DNA from: an uncultured Gemmatimonadales bacterium
Lineage (GTDB): Bacteria > Gemmatimonadota > Gemmatimonadetes > Gemmatimonadales > GWC2-71-9
Direction of reading: 5' to 3'
NCBI GenBank assembly: GCA_963795085.1
Contig: CAWCFX010000006.1
Span: 544,001 to 608,000 of the forward strand
Length of the DNA: 64,000 nt
Shown: positions 28,296 through 38,266 of the stretch, piece by piece
Position numbering within the stretch: the stretch's first letter is position 1
Layout: every line of letters begins with the position of its first letter
Made by a program: the position numbers and the translations under genes
The notes under the pieces: model-generated
The model's input: the letters and a program-made list of their open reading frames with translations, nothing else
Told to the model about the DNA's origin: nothing
The model's database searches: none

Positions 28296-29233
28296 CGTTT
28301 CATCGCCATGCGGGCGTTCTGGTCGGCCAGCAGCCCGACGGCGAACACGATCAGCGCCCCCAGAAAGAGCAGCACGGCGCTCTCCGACAGGTTGTCCCTG
28401 GTAACGTCATAGGCAAACTTGGCCAGCCCCCCCAGGGTGAGCAGCCCGGCGATCGGGATGAACACCTTGAGCGGGTTGAAGAACACAATGGTCCGCAGGA
28501 TCAGCAGGGTGAAATCGTAGGCGTGGCGGGGCCGGATCTTCGATTGCCCCAGCCGCGCGTGATAGTTGATCGGGATGTACTCCACCGGGTGGGCGTTGAC
28601 CGCGGATGAGAGCGTGATGGTCGTGGTGAACGAGAATCCCTCAGGAAGCAGGTGCTCGTATTTCTGCACCAGGTCCCGCCGCATCAGCCGGAGCCCCGAG
28701 TTGATGTCGGGCAGGTGCTGGCCGGCGAGATAACTGGCCAGCCACCGGAGAAAGGCCTTGGCCGGTCTCCGCACCAGGGGCACCTGCACGGTCTGGCCGG
28801 TCCGGGCGCCCACCACCATCGCGTTGTATTCGCTGGCGGCCAGCAGCGCGGGAATCGACTCGGTGGGGTAGGTGCCGTCCGCGTCCGTGATCAGGATCCA
28901 GGGGTGGCGGGCGGAGCGCACACCCAGCTTGAGCGCGGCGCCGTAGCCCCGGTTCTTGCGCCGCCTGAGCACCCGAACGCCGGTCGTGGCGGCCTGTTCG
29001 GCGGTGTCATCCCCGCTGCCATCGTCCACGACGATGATCTCGTATTCCCAGCCGGAGCCGCGCATGACGGCGTCCACGGCGCGGACCTGGTCCGCCACGT
29101 GAGCCGCTTCGTTGTAGGCGGGGATCACCACGGTTACCGCCCGCGGGAGGGTGCCGGACTGGTCGTCGACAACCTCCTCGATCCGGGACCGGGACGCCGG
29201 GGTCGCCGGCCGGGGTTCAACGCTGATGCTCAT
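28292..29233 (-). CDS. GT2 polyprenyl-phosphate glycosyltransferase with two C-terminal TMs
   Basis: VVIPAYNE, VDDGSGD, NRGYGAALKLG, TDADGTY, DINSGLR, FSFTTTIT. Confidence 0.9.
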   Translation of the reverse strand: MSISVEPRPATPASRSRIEEVVDDQSGTLPRAVTVVIPAYNEAAHVADQVRAVDAVMRGSGWEYEIIVVDDGSGDDTAEQAATTGVRVLRRRKNRGYGAALKLGVRSARHPWILITDADGTYPTESIPALLAASEYNAMVVGARTGQTVQVPLVRRPAKAFLRWLASYLAGQHLPDINSGLRLMRRDLVQKYEHLLPEGFSFTTTITLSSAVNAHPVEYIPINYHARLGQSKIRPRHAYDFTLLILRTIVFFNPLKVFIPIAGLLTLGGLAKFAYDVTRDNLSESAVLLFLGALIVFAVGLLADQNARMAMKR

Positions 29234-29249
29234 GCCGCGACATGACCTT

Positions 29250-30920
29250 TCATGGGTTCCTCGATTTCATGACCACGATGGCGCCGCCCCCGATGGTGCC
29301 GGGGAACCGGGCGGCCTCGGTGTACCCGGACTCCAGGCGCTGCCAGATCTGGGGCTGCACCACGGCCAGCCGGATGGGGAAGGTATAGAGCACCCAGGTC
29401 AGCCGGTCGGCGGCCTCGATGCGGGTGAGTTGAGCCAGACTGTCCACCGGGATGTAGTCCCTGCGGTAATAGGCCTGGTAGGGAAACCGGGTCAGGTCCA
29501 CGGTGACGATGGAGTCTCCCGGCCGCACCGAGGTGTCGAGGAACTCGCTGGCCCGGGTAAAGTCCTGCTTGGGATACCAGGCCCGGGGCACGGTGGTGGC
29601 GCTGGCCGCGATGACCAGGGCCGTGACTGCCGGCGCCACCAGCGCCAGCCGCCCCGGCAGGATCCGCTCCACCAGGGCGTACCCGCCCCGGATCACGATC
29701 AGGATGCCGAAGCCGGCGCTGAAGAAGAAGAACCGGGGCCACAGGTTGTGCTGCAGCGCCAGCAAGGCCGCGGCGCTCACCGCGGCCGGCAGCAGCATGA
29801 CGGCGAGGATGGCCCGGCCGCGCCGCCAGTAGCTGGCCAGCCCGGCCGCAACCACCAGTCCGCCCAGGCCCAGGGTCAGCCAGCCACCCGGAATCCCCTG
29901 CCGCAGGCCCCGGAGTGACTCCGTCAGAAACCAGAGCGGGCTCTGCCACTCGGTGGCGGCGGCGCCCCTCGGCGGGTTGAGCACGGTACCGAAGACCTGG
30001 GGCAGCACCAGCGCATAGAGCTGCAGCGTCAGCGTTGCGGCGAAGGCCATGCCGAAAAACGGGATCCATCCGTCCAGCCCCCGCGGAGAGGGCGCCCGGA
30101 AAAACAGCACCAGCCAGGTGATGAAATGCGCCACCACCACCAGCACCGCGGTGATGTGGGTGTAGGCGGCCAGCGCCATGCAGGCGGCGTAGAGCATCGC
30201 CAGCAGCCAGGGCCGCTGGTAGCGGCCGGTTATCAGCCGGAGAAAGCAGGCACTGCCGAGCAACGTCCACAGCAGAAGCCCGGTGTACCCCCGGGCGTTC
30301 TGGCTGAACCAGACGTGGTGGTACGAGAACGCCAGGAACGCGGCGGCCAGCACCGACTCGGTGCGGCCGGTGACCAGCCGGGCGAAGAGATACACCGCCC
30401 ACAGCGAGAGAATCCCCATGGCGGCCGCCGGGAGCCGGAGCGCCAGGGCGCTCTCCCCGAACAGGTCAAAGGCCAGGCGGGCGAGCACCGAGTAGAACAG
30501 GTGCTGGTTCTGGCTGTCGTACGTGGTGAGGATCTGGCCCATCGGCCGGCGGACGTACTCGACCAGGGTCTGGATCTCGTCAAACCAGAGCCCGTTGGGC
30601 AGCTGGTACAGCCGGAGAAGTGCCCCCACCAGCAGGATGGCCGCCACCAGGGCCCACTCGTAGCGGGGGGCCCGCGCGGTCGGCTCCTGGGTCATCGGCG
30701 AGAGGGCGGCCGACCGCACCCGGAGCATGGGAATGGCGGGGATTGCCGCAATCAGCACCGCGTGCAGCACCAGGCCGGCCTTGAAGCACCAGACCCCCGC
30801 CCGGACGGTCGCCAGCATGGGCGAGCCTGCCCCGGCCAGACCGATGGCAACGGCGTCGGTCGGCAGCAGGATCCCAAGCAGGGCCAGCCCAGCGGCAAGG
30901 ACGATGCTAGTTCGTGACAT
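29250..30920 (-). CDS. GT-C glycosyltransferase (ArnT/PMT, GT39/83-like)
   Basis: LRLYQL..GLWFDE, ALRLPAA, FSQNARGY, multi-TM with C-terminal periplasmic domain. Confidence 0.85.
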   Translation of the reverse strand: MSRTSIVLAAGLALLGILLPTDAVAIGLAGAGSPMLATVRAGVWCFKAGLVLHAVLIAAIPAIPMLRVRSAALSPMTQEPTARAPRYEWALVAAILLVGALLRLYQLPNGLWFDEIQTLVEYVRRPMGQILTTYDSQNQHLFYSVLARLAFDLFGESALALRLPAAAMGILSLWAVYLFARLVTGRTESVLAAAFLAFSYHHVWFSQNARGYTGLLLWTLLGSACFLRLITGRYQRPWLLAMLYAACMALAAYTHITAVLVVVAHFITWLVLFFRAPSPRGLDGWIPFFGMAFAATLTLQLYALVLPQVFGTVLNPPRGAAATEWQSPLWFLTESLRGLRQGIPGGWLTLGLGGLVVAAGLASYWRRGRAILAVMLLPAAVSAAALLALQHNLWPRFFFFSAGFGILIVIRGGYALVERILPGRLALVAPAVTALVIAASATTVPRAWYPKQDFTRASEFLDTSVRPGDSIVTVDLTRFPYQAYYRRDYIPVDSLAQLTRIEAADRLTWVLYTFPIRLAVVQPQIWQRLESGYTEAARFPGTIGGGAIVVMKSRNP

Positions 30921-31220
30921 TCAATGGGTTAGGTAAGCACAGTGCGGCCAAATCGCGCCCCCTTAAGAGCAATGTCCGTTCCAGCAACCCACTTGGGGAC
31001 GCGGGCGCGATGCACTAAGATGTGTGGCAGGCGTGCAACAAACAAGCCGGTTGAATATCCGTGGCGCTAGCATCCAACGTGCAGCGCCGGAAGAACCCGT
31101 CCGGCAGGAACGGCCGATTTACGGTCCCGGGCGCCGCCCGGTTGGCTGGATGAACCGGCTCGGTAGTTCGCCTGCCGGCGGCCGTCGGCCGCCGACTCAC
31201 TTCCGTTTATAGCGACCAGG

Positions 31221-33008
31221 ATGATCACAGCCGACGCCGGGAAGACAGCGCCGACAGGGGGTTCGGGCCGGACCGGCATGCGGCTGACCCCGGCCGGCGC
31301 CATCCTGTTGGGGGTCGCGGGCTGGCTGGCCTACGTGCTCGCCCTCGAGATCCGCAACCCTCGCCTGGTCGCGTCCTGGCACGGCTTCCTCCACACCGCG
31401 ATTGCGAACCGGCCGGCCTCGGGGGGCATGATTCCCGAGAATCCGTTTTTCGCCGGGGAGCCACTTCCCTATTACTGGTTCTTTCACCGGATCGCGGGTA
31501 CGCTGGCCGGCGGGTTCGGCATCGACCCCCTCAGCGCGCTCCGCCTGCTGACGCTGGCCGGCCTCGTCCTCCTGGTGATCACCGCGGTGATGGTGGGTTG
31601 GAAAGTGCTTCGGTCCGCCGAAGCCGGCCTGGTCATCGGCCTGCTGGCCCTGACGGGACTCAATCCGCTGGGCCCGGGGATCGCCGCCGCGCGACACTAC
31701 ACCCAGGGCGCGGAACTCTTCGAACGGGATTCCGGCGGAGCGGCGGTGGAGACGGCGTTCGTCTCCAACGAGGCCGCCGACCAGCTGATGAGCCGGAACC
31801 TCCTGGGCCGCATGTATTTCTCGACCGACTGGCGGCACGGGGAGAACATCACCTGGTTCCTCGACATCTCGTCGCGGGGCCTGGCGCTGGCGCTGATCAT
31901 GCTGCTGGTTGCGCTGACCCTGCGGGAGCGGCCGACAGCCGGCCGCCTGGCCTACACCGGGCTCACCGCCGCGATGCTCGCGGCGCTCAATCCGATCGTG
32001 GGGCTGGCCGTCGCCGGCTTCCTGGGTTTCTCGCTCCTGCTCGTGGGCGGCCGGTCCTTCCGGATCAGCGTCGCCGCGCTGGCGGCAGGCGTTTTGCTCT
32101 CAGTCCCGACGTTCTATCACCTCTTCACCCAGGGCGGCCAGGGCGCCTCGATCAACGCGCCGGGGCTGATCGGGCTGAAGCTGGTCAACATGGCGGTCAA
32201 TTTCGTCGTCCTCCTCCCGCTGGCGCTGCTGGCGTTCCGGCGCCGCTTCGGCGCGTTGGGGGGCCCGATGCGGGCGATCGTCCTCACCGGTATCCTGCTG
32301 ATCCTGGCGATGGTGACGGTGCACCTGGAAGAGGGCAACGAGCACAACCTCACCAACGCGGCGCAGGTGATCCTGGCGGCGCCGGCCGTGGCGGCCATGC
32401 TGGTGCGGAGAGATGGAACCTTCCAGGACCGTCCCGGCCGAAGGCTGGCCCTGCTGGCCCTGGTCTTCCTCCCGGTTGCCGCGGGCACCTGGGTGGCGTT
32501 CGATGGCCGGCCGCCCCTGCCCTTCCGGGCCGCCCACGGCGTCCTGGTCCGGACCCCGGAGACCGACCCGCTGCCGATGCTCTACACCTGGCTCAAGGAG
32601 AACACCGCCGAGAATGCGATCATTGTCGTGGATCCCGAAACCCCGGTGAAAATGTCCGGCAACGTCTCCGAGCTGCCGGCGTTCACCGCCCGCACGCTGT
32701 TCGTGGATCATCCCAGCTACCTCACCACCCCCTACCCGGACCGGGACCGCCGCGTCGCGATTGCGCGGAGCCTGATCGCGGGAGCGGTGCCGGGCAGCGA
32801 AGACCAGGCCTACCTCTGGCGGGTCCGCCGGAGCGGGAACCCCGGCGGGGGACGCCCCCGCCCGCTCTACCTGGTGAGCCATGCGGCGGACCGGCCCGGG
32901 GTGCTGGCCCGGCTCACCGCGGCCAACGGGACACCGCTGTTTCACCGGGAGTTCGTGGCTGTCTTCCAGGTACCGGAGCGCTCCGTCCTTCCGGCGAGGG
33001 CCCCATGA
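31221..33008 (+). CDS. Polytopic membrane protein, candidate GT-C (possible arabinofuranosyltransferase)
   Basis: PENPFFAGEPLPYYWFFH loop, many TMs, C-terminal WLKENT.ENA domain; overlaps the ubiA start. Function inferred from context only. Confidence 0.5.
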   Translation: MITADAGKTAPTGGSGRTGMRLTPAGAILLGVAGWLAYVLALEIRNPRLVASWHGFLHTAIANRPASGGMIPENPFFAGEPLPYYWFFHRIAGTLAGGFGIDPLSALRLLTLAGLVLLVITAVMVGWKVLRSAEAGLVIGLLALTGLNPLGPGIAAARHYTQGAELFERDSGGAAVETAFVSNEAADQLMSRNLLGRMYFSTDWRHGENITWFLDISSRGLALALIMLLVALTLRERPTAGRLAYTGLTAAMLAALNPIVGLAVAGFLGFSLLLVGGRSFRISVAALAAGVLLSVPTFYHLFTQGGQGASINAPGLIGLKLVNMAVNFVVLLPLALLAFRRRFGALGGPMRAIVLTGILLILAMVTVHLEEGNEHNLTNAAQVILAAPAVAAMLVRRDGTFQDRPGRRLALLALVFLPVAAGTWVAFDGRPPLPFRAAHGVLVRTPETDPLPMLYTWLKENTAENAIIVVDPETPVKMSGNVSELPAFTARTLFVDHPSYLTTPYPDRDRRVAIARSLIAGAVPGSEDQAYLWRVRRSGNPGGGRPRPLYLVSHAADRPGVLARLTAANGTPLFHREFVAVFQVPERSVLPARAP

Positions 33009-33883
33009 CCATCGTTCGCGCCTGGATCCGGGAGATCCGCCCGCACCAGTGGGCCAAGAACCTGCTCATTTTCGTGCCGGCCATGGCGGCCCACCTGGAA
33101 TGGAACCGGGGCCAGGTCATCAGCCTGCTCGCCGGGTTCGCCGCATTCTCCCTGCTCGCCTCGTCGGTCTACGTAGTGAACGACCTGGTGGATATCGCCA
33201 ACGACCGGCAGCATGCCACCAAGAAGAACCGGCCCATCGCGGCCGGCGCCATCAGCCCGGCGGCGGCGGTCGCCGGCGCCGCGCTGCTGGTGATCCTCGC
33301 GGCCTTGATTACCTGGCGGCTTCCCCGCGAGTTCCAGTTCACGCTCGCGACCTACCTGGTCATCACCACCGCCTATTCGTTCCTGCTCAAGCGGCGGGTG
33401 CTGCTGGACGTGATCTGCCTCGCCAGCCTGTACACCATTCGGGTGGTCGCCGGCTCCACGCTGGTGGAGGCGCCCCTCTCCCAATGGTTCCTGGCCTTCT
33501 CGATCTTTTTCTTCTTCTCCCTGGCCCTGGTCAAGCGGGTCGCCGAGTTGCGGCCGCTGGTGGCGAAGGAAGAAAAGGCGGTCGCGGGACGCGGCTACCT
33601 GGCGCCCGACCTGCCGGCTCTCACCTCGCTCGGCACCGCCGCCTCAATGGCGAGTTCGCTGGTGTTCTGCCTGTACATTACCAGCGACGAAGTGACCCGG
33701 CTCTACTCCCACCCGACCCTGCTCTGGGTGGGCCTCCCGCTCTTCCTCTACTGGCAGGCACGGGTGTGGCTGCTGACCTCCCGCGGCCGGATGAACGAAG
33801 ACCCGGTAGTCTTCGCGCTCAAGGACCAGATGAGCTATCTCATCGCCCTCGGCTTCCTGGTGACCATCTGGCTGGCGACATGA
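33005..33883 (+). CDS. ubiA: Polyprenyl-phosphate 5-phosphoribosyltransferase (UbiA family)
   Basis: RPHQWAKNLLIFVP, YVVNDLVDIANDRQHATKKNRPIAAG, KRVAEL, EDPVVFALKD. Confidence 0.9.
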   Translation: MTIVRAWIREIRPHQWAKNLLIFVPAMAAHLEWNRGQVISLLAGFAAFSLLASSVYVVNDLVDIANDRQHATKKNRPIAAGAISPAAAVAGAALLVILAALITWRLPREFQFTLATYLVITTAYSFLLKRRVLLDVICLASLYTIRVVAGSTLVEAPLSQWFLAFSIFFFFSLALVKRVAELRPLVAKEEKAVAGRGYLAPDLPALTSLGTAASMASSLVFCLYITSDEVTRLYSHPTLLWVGLPLFLYWQARVWLLTSRGRMNEDPVVFALKDQMSYLIALGFLVTIWLAT

Positions 33884-35244
33884 CCGGGAACCTCCCCGCG
33901 GCGACGCTCTCCGGGTGGGGGCGGTTTCCGTCGGCCGACACCCGCCTGGCCCGGCCGGAGCAGATGCAGGGGCTGGGGGAGGAGATCCGGTCCCATGCCC
34001 AGATGATTCCCCGCGGGCTGGGCCGCAGCTACGGCGATGCCGCGGTCAGCCCCGGCGGCGTCACCCTGCTGGTGGAGCGGCTCAACCGCTTCCTCGGGTT
34101 CGACCCGGCCAGCGGCGAGCTCCGCTGCGAAGCGGGCGTGACCATCGAAGACCTCCTGGTCCACCTGCTTCCGCAGGGATTTTTTCCCCCGGTGACACCG
34201 GGGACCAGGTACGTCACCCTGGGCGGGGCGCTGGCCGCCGACGTGCACGGCAAGAGCCACCACAAGGACGGCGCCTTCTCCCGGCACGTGAACTGGTTCA
34301 ACCTGGTGACCGCGGACGGCGAAACCCGCCGCTGCAGCCGGGACGAGCAGCCGGACCTGTTCTGGGCCACCCTGGGCGGGATGGGACTCACCGGCGTCAT
34401 CACCGATGTGAGCTTCCGGATGAAACGGGTGGAAAGCGCCTACCTGTCCGTGGACTACGAGAAAGCCCGGAACATCGACGCCGCCCTGGAGTTGTTCGAA
34501 ACCACCGACCAGCGCTACACCGACTCCGTCGCCTGGATCGACTGTCTCACCCGCGGCCCGGCGCTGGGACGGAGCGTGTTGATGCGGGGCAACTGGGCGC
34601 CGGCGAGCGCCCTGCCGCCCCGCCTCGCCGAAGCGCCCCTGCTCGTGAAGTCCGCCGGCCGGAAATCGATTCCCTTCGATGCGCCCGGTTTCGCGCTCAA
34701 TCCGCTCAGCGTCAAGCTCTTCAACGCGGTGTTCTATCACCGCCACCCGATCGGCCGGAATATCCTGGTCCCCTACGAGCCATTCTTCTATCCGCTCGAC
34801 CGGATCCGGCACTGGAACCGGCTCTATGGCAAGCGAGGTTTCCTGCAGTACCAGTGCGTGCTCCCCTTCGCGGGGGGGCGGGAGGGGTTGATCCGGATAC
34901 TGGAACTGCTCTCGTCCGAGGGGCACGCCTCTTTTCTTGCCGTTCTCAAGCGGTTCGGCGAAAACGAGCCAGGCCAACTGCTGTCCTTTCCCCGCCCCGG
35001 GTACACCCTGGCGGTGGACCTGCCCCGGGATGGGGAGCGCCAGGACCGCCTGCTGGCGGACCTGGACCGGGTGGTCCTGGAACGGGGCGGCCGGGTCTAC
35101 CTCGCCAAGGACGCGCGGCTCAGCGCCGAGACGTTCCTGGCCATGTACCCGGAGACCGGCCGCTGGCTCGAGATCAAGCGGCGGATCGATCCGGAGCGCC
35201 GCTTCTCTTCCTCGCTCTCCCGCCGGCTGGGGCTGGACGGATGA
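33880..35244 (+). CDS. dprE1: Decaprenylphosphoryl-beta-D-ribose oxidase-like FAD protein
   Basis: LSGWGR, RGLGRSYGDAA, PVTPGTRYVTLGGALAADVHGKSHH, FFYPLD...WNRLYG..GFLQYQ, SFLAVLKRFG, GGRVYLAKD, RRLGL. Confidence 0.88.
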   Translation: MTGNLPAATLSGWGRFPSADTRLARPEQMQGLGEEIRSHAQMIPRGLGRSYGDAAVSPGGVTLLVERLNRFLGFDPASGELRCEAGVTIEDLLVHLLPQGFFPPVTPGTRYVTLGGALAADVHGKSHHKDGAFSRHVNWFNLVTADGETRRCSRDEQPDLFWATLGGMGLTGVITDVSFRMKRVESAYLSVDYEKARNIDAALELFETTDQRYTDSVAWIDCLTRGPALGRSVLMRGNWAPASALPPRLAEAPLLVKSAGRKSIPFDAPGFALNPLSVKLFNAVFYHRHPIGRNILVPYEPFFYPLDRIRHWNRLYGKRGFLQYQCVLPFAGGREGLIRILELLSSEGHASFLAVLKRFGENEPGQLLSFPRPGYTLAVDLPRDGERQDRLLADLDRVVLERGGRVYLAKDARLSAETFLAMYPETGRWLEIKRRIDPERRFSSSLSRRLGLDG

Positions 35245-36005
35245 TCGTGCTACCCAGGAGCCACCGGGGCACCGTCCTGGTGCTGGGCGCCACCTCCACC
35301 ATCACCCGGCACGCCGCGGCGGCCTTCGCCCGCCGTGGCTACGACCTGTGCCTCGCCGCGCGCCAGGCCGACGAAGTGGGGCGCATCGCCAGCGATCTGC
35401 GCCTGCGCTACGGCATCAACGTCGAACCAGTGACCTTCGACGCGGCCGACAGCGCCTCGGCGGAACGAATGCTGACCCTGGTGATGGACGAATCCTTCGG
35501 GGATCTCTCCGGCGTGGTGCTGGGCTTCGGCATCCTGGGCGAACAGGCCAACGCCCAGGACGACCCCGCGGCGGCCCACCGGATCATCGCGGTCAACTTC
35601 AGCGCCGCGGTGAGCCTGCTGACGCCGCTGGCCAACTTCTTCGAGGAGCGGGGCCGCGGGTTCATCGGGGTGATCGGATCGGTGGCGGGCGACCGGGGGC
35701 GGCAGAGCAACTACGTCTATGGGTCCGCCAAAGGCGGGCTGGCGATCTATCTCCAGGGCCTGCGCCAGCGGCTGGCCAAGGGCGGGGTCTCGGTCACCAC
35801 CATCAAGCCCGGGTTCGTGGATACCAGGATGACCTACGGGCTGCCCGGGATGTTCCTGGTCGCCGATCCGGCCGACGTCGGCGAGGCGATCGCCCGGGCG
35901 ATCGAGAAAAAGAAGGCGGTCGCCTATATCCCGTGGTTCTGGCGCTGGATCATGCTGATCATCAAGCTGATCCCGGAGCCGGTGTTCGTGCGGATGAAAA
36001 TCTAG
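35241..36005 (+). CDS. dprE2: Decaprenylphosphoryl-2-keto-ribose reductase-like SDR
   Basis: VLGATS, SVAGDRGRQSNYVYGSAK, KPGFVDTRMT; directly follows dprE1. Confidence 0.85.
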   Translation: MIVLPRSHRGTVLVLGATSTITRHAAAAFARRGYDLCLAARQADEVGRIASDLRLRYGINVEPVTFDAADSASAERMLTLVMDESFGDLSGVVLGFGILGEQANAQDDPAAAHRIIAVNFSAAVSLLTPLANFFEERGRGFIGVIGSVAGDRGRQSNYVYGSAKGGLAIYLQGLRQRLAKGGVSVTTIKPGFVDTRMTYGLPGMFLVADPADVGEAIARAIEKKKAVAYIPWFWRWIMLIIKLIPEPVFVRMKI

Positions 36006-36029
36006 CGCGCCAGGGAACAGCCGATACGA

Positions 36030-36084
36030 CAAAACACGAAAACCGAGAAATTTACAATACCACTGTCTTGGTTTCGTATTTTTG
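36030..36084. terminator. AT-rich imperfect hairpin between convergent genes (possible bidirectional terminator or degenerate repeat)
   Basis: caaaacacgaaaaccgaga ... tcttggtttcgtatttttg. Confidence 0.4.
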
Positions 36085-36138
36085 GTACTTGTTCTCTTGT
36101 AGTACCGGCAGTGTCGAGTGTGCTCACGTCTCTTCAGG

Positions 36139-36870
36139 TCAGGAACCCCGCCGGTACCGGGCAAAGGTCCGGGTCCCGATAAACCAGTCTTTCATGCCGA
36201 TCTTCTTCCCCTCTGCCTTGGTGCGGGGGAAATACTTGATGGGCACCTCCCGGATGACGCAGCCCCGCGCGAGGACCCGCGCCGTAATCTCGTGATCCAG
36301 CTCGAAGCCCGAGGTCTCCAGCGGCAGCGACTGGATCAGCGCCGTGCGAAACAGCTTGAGGGCGGTCACCGTGTCCGAGATGTACGAACCGGTACACAGG
36401 AGGGCCACGAAGCTCAGGCTCTGCCCGCCGGCATAGGCCAGCAACCCCTGGTTGGGGTGCTTGCCGGTCAGCAGGTTCTTGAGCCGGCTCCCGTCAGGAT
36501 ACTTCATGTAGCGGCTGCCGTACACCGCGTCCACCCCCGGCTCCATGAGCTTTCGGAACATCGGGATGTAGTCCGCCGGGTCGTACTCCAGGTCGGCGTC
36601 CTGGATGATCAGGTAGGCGCCGGTCGCCAGCCCGATCCCCGCCCGCACCGCCGCACCTTTGCCCGCGTTTGCCGGCTGGTTGTGCAGACGAACCCCTGCA
36701 AACCCGGCGACGATCTCCGCCGTGCGGTCTCGGGAGCAGTCGTTGACGACGATAATTTCCTTCTCCAGCCCCAGGGATGACAGGTCGAGGGCAAGAATCC
36801 GTTCCAGCAGGGTGCCGATGAACCGCTCCTCGTTATAGGCAGGAATCACGATGGATAACGTTTCACTCAT
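36139..36870 (-). CDS. GT2 (DPM-synthase-like)
   Basis: LSIVIPAYNE, VNDCSRD, NAGKGAAVRAG, IQDADLEYDP, VYGSR, GFELDHEIT, GKKI..KD. Confidence 0.92.
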   Translation of the reverse strand: MSETLSIVIPAYNEERFIGTLLERILALDLSSLGLEKEIIVVNDCSRDRTAEIVAGFAGVRLHNQPANAGKGAAVRAGIGLATGAYLIIQDADLEYDPADYIPMFRKLMEPGVDAVYGSRYMKYPDGSRLKNLLTGKHPNQGLLAYAGGQSLSFVALLCTGSYISDTVTALKLFRTALIQSLPLETSGFELDHEITARVLARGCVIREVPIKYFPRTKAEGKKIGMKDWFIGTRTFARYRRGS

Positions 36871-37613
36871 GGATTTCCGCCCAGGTGCGAGGCCACGCGG
36901 GCCAGTTCGTCCGGAGTGTTGATACCGACCGCCTCCATCGCCCCGGTTGCCGGCACGGTGCAGACCCGGCCCTGGCGCGCCAGCCATGGAATGAAGGGCA
37001 GGAAATTCCGTTCGCCGGTGGCCCGGCCCCGCGGGGCAACGGCGGCGTAGGCGGGCAGGCCGGTCAGGTATATCTCCCGGGTGAGCGCGAACAGCCCGAT
37101 ATCCCCTTCCCCCTCGGGGGGCATGCGATCGCCCTCCCGCCGGTGCAGCACGCCATTGATGGACCCGGCGCCGTCCCGGGAAAAATGGATATAGGGTTCC
37201 GCACCGACGAGGGTCGGAAAGGCCAGCCCGGGACGGGGGTCCGCCTCCATGGCGGCCGCGAGGCGAGCCGCCGTCTCTTCCGCTACGGCGACCTGGTCGC
37301 ACCAGGTGATCCAGACCTCGTCCGGCATGATCTCTCCCACTCGAAGCCGGGGAATCAGGACCGCGTCCAGCATGCCGGTGGGCGACTCCTGGACCAGCAA
37401 CTCGATCCGCTCGGGCCGCCCGGCGCAATGCCGCCCGGCGAGGGGAGCGCCGGCCGGGCTTACCACGACCAGGAAACGGTCCACCCGGTCCCGGTACCGT
37501 GCGAACAGCCAGTCAATCATCGGCCGGCCATGCACCGGCACCAGCAGCTTGGGCAGCTCAGATCCCAGGCGGGACCCCCGGCCGGCAGCCGGAACGATCA
37601 GCACGCGGCTCAC
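36867..37613 (-). CDS. NTP-transferase (GlmU N-terminal / MobA-like nucleotidyltransferase)
   Basis: VPAAGRGSRLGSELPKLLVPV, QESPTGM, WCDQ, GINTPDEL. Confidence 0.85.
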   Translation of the reverse strand: MSRVLIVPAAGRGSRLGSELPKLLVPVHGRPMIDWLFARYRDRVDRFLVVVSPAGAPLAGRHCAGRPERIELLVQESPTGMLDAVLIPRLRVGEIMPDEVWITWCDQVAVAEETAARLAAAMEADPRPGLAFPTLVGAEPYIHFSRDGAGSINGVLHRREGDRMPPEGEGDIGLFALTREIYLTGLPAYAAVAPRGRATGERNFLPFIPWLARQGRVCTVPATGAMEAVGINTPDELARVASHLGGNP

Positions 37614-38266
37614 GCCACCGGCTCCAGGATGACGGGAACCAGCTCGGCCAGGTCTGGAAAACTCCCCAGGAAACGAACGTGGGCCAGGGCCTCTCCGGAC
37701 CGTACCGAGGCGACCCAGGCGCCGGCGGCGATGCCGGCCAGGATCCCGGCCCGGCTGTCTTCCACGACCAGGGTCGCGGAGGGATCGCCGCCCGCCAGCC
37801 GGATAGCGGCGGCGAAGGTATCCGGTGCCGGCTTGCCTTCACGGACATCCTCCGCGGTCACCACCACGGGGAAGAACTGGTCCAGCCCGGCCCGCTCCAG
37901 CAGCATCCGGGTCGTGGCCCGGGAGGCGCCGGTGCCCAGGGCCAGGGACAGTCCGGCCTGCGCCAGCCGGGACACGGCGGGTCGCGCGTCGGCGAATCCG
38001 CCGGTAGCGCCAAGGTACTCCCGGGCCCGCTCCTGCTTGAAGGTCACCCACCGCCGGATATCCGCCTCCGCCGGGGCCGCGGGACCCGTAACCTCCCGCA
38101 CCACGCTTTCGGTGGTGCGGCCGGCGATGGCGGGATAGGGCGGCGGGGCCGTCACCCCCACGCGGGCCCAGAGATCGGCAAAGGCGCGCGCATGGCAGGC
38201 GCTGCTGTCGGTGAGCACGCCATCCATGTCGAAGACGATCAGTTCAAACCGGGGGGGCGGGCTCAC
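37610..38266 (-). CDS. HAD-superfamily phosphatase
   Basis: IVFDMDGVL (DxD), GKPAPD, VVEDSRAGILAG; GTG start overlaps the previous stop. Confidence 0.88.
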   Translation of the reverse strand: MSPPPRFELIVFDMDGVLTDSSACHARAFADLWARVGVTAPPPYPAIAGRTTESVVREVTGPAAPAEADIRRWVTFKQERAREYLGATGGFADARPAVSRLAQAGLSLALGTGASRATTRMLLERAGLDQFFPVVVTAEDVREGKPAPDTFAAAIRLAGGDPSATLVVEDSRAGILAGIAAGAWVASVRSGEALAHVRFLGSFPDLAELVPVILEPVA

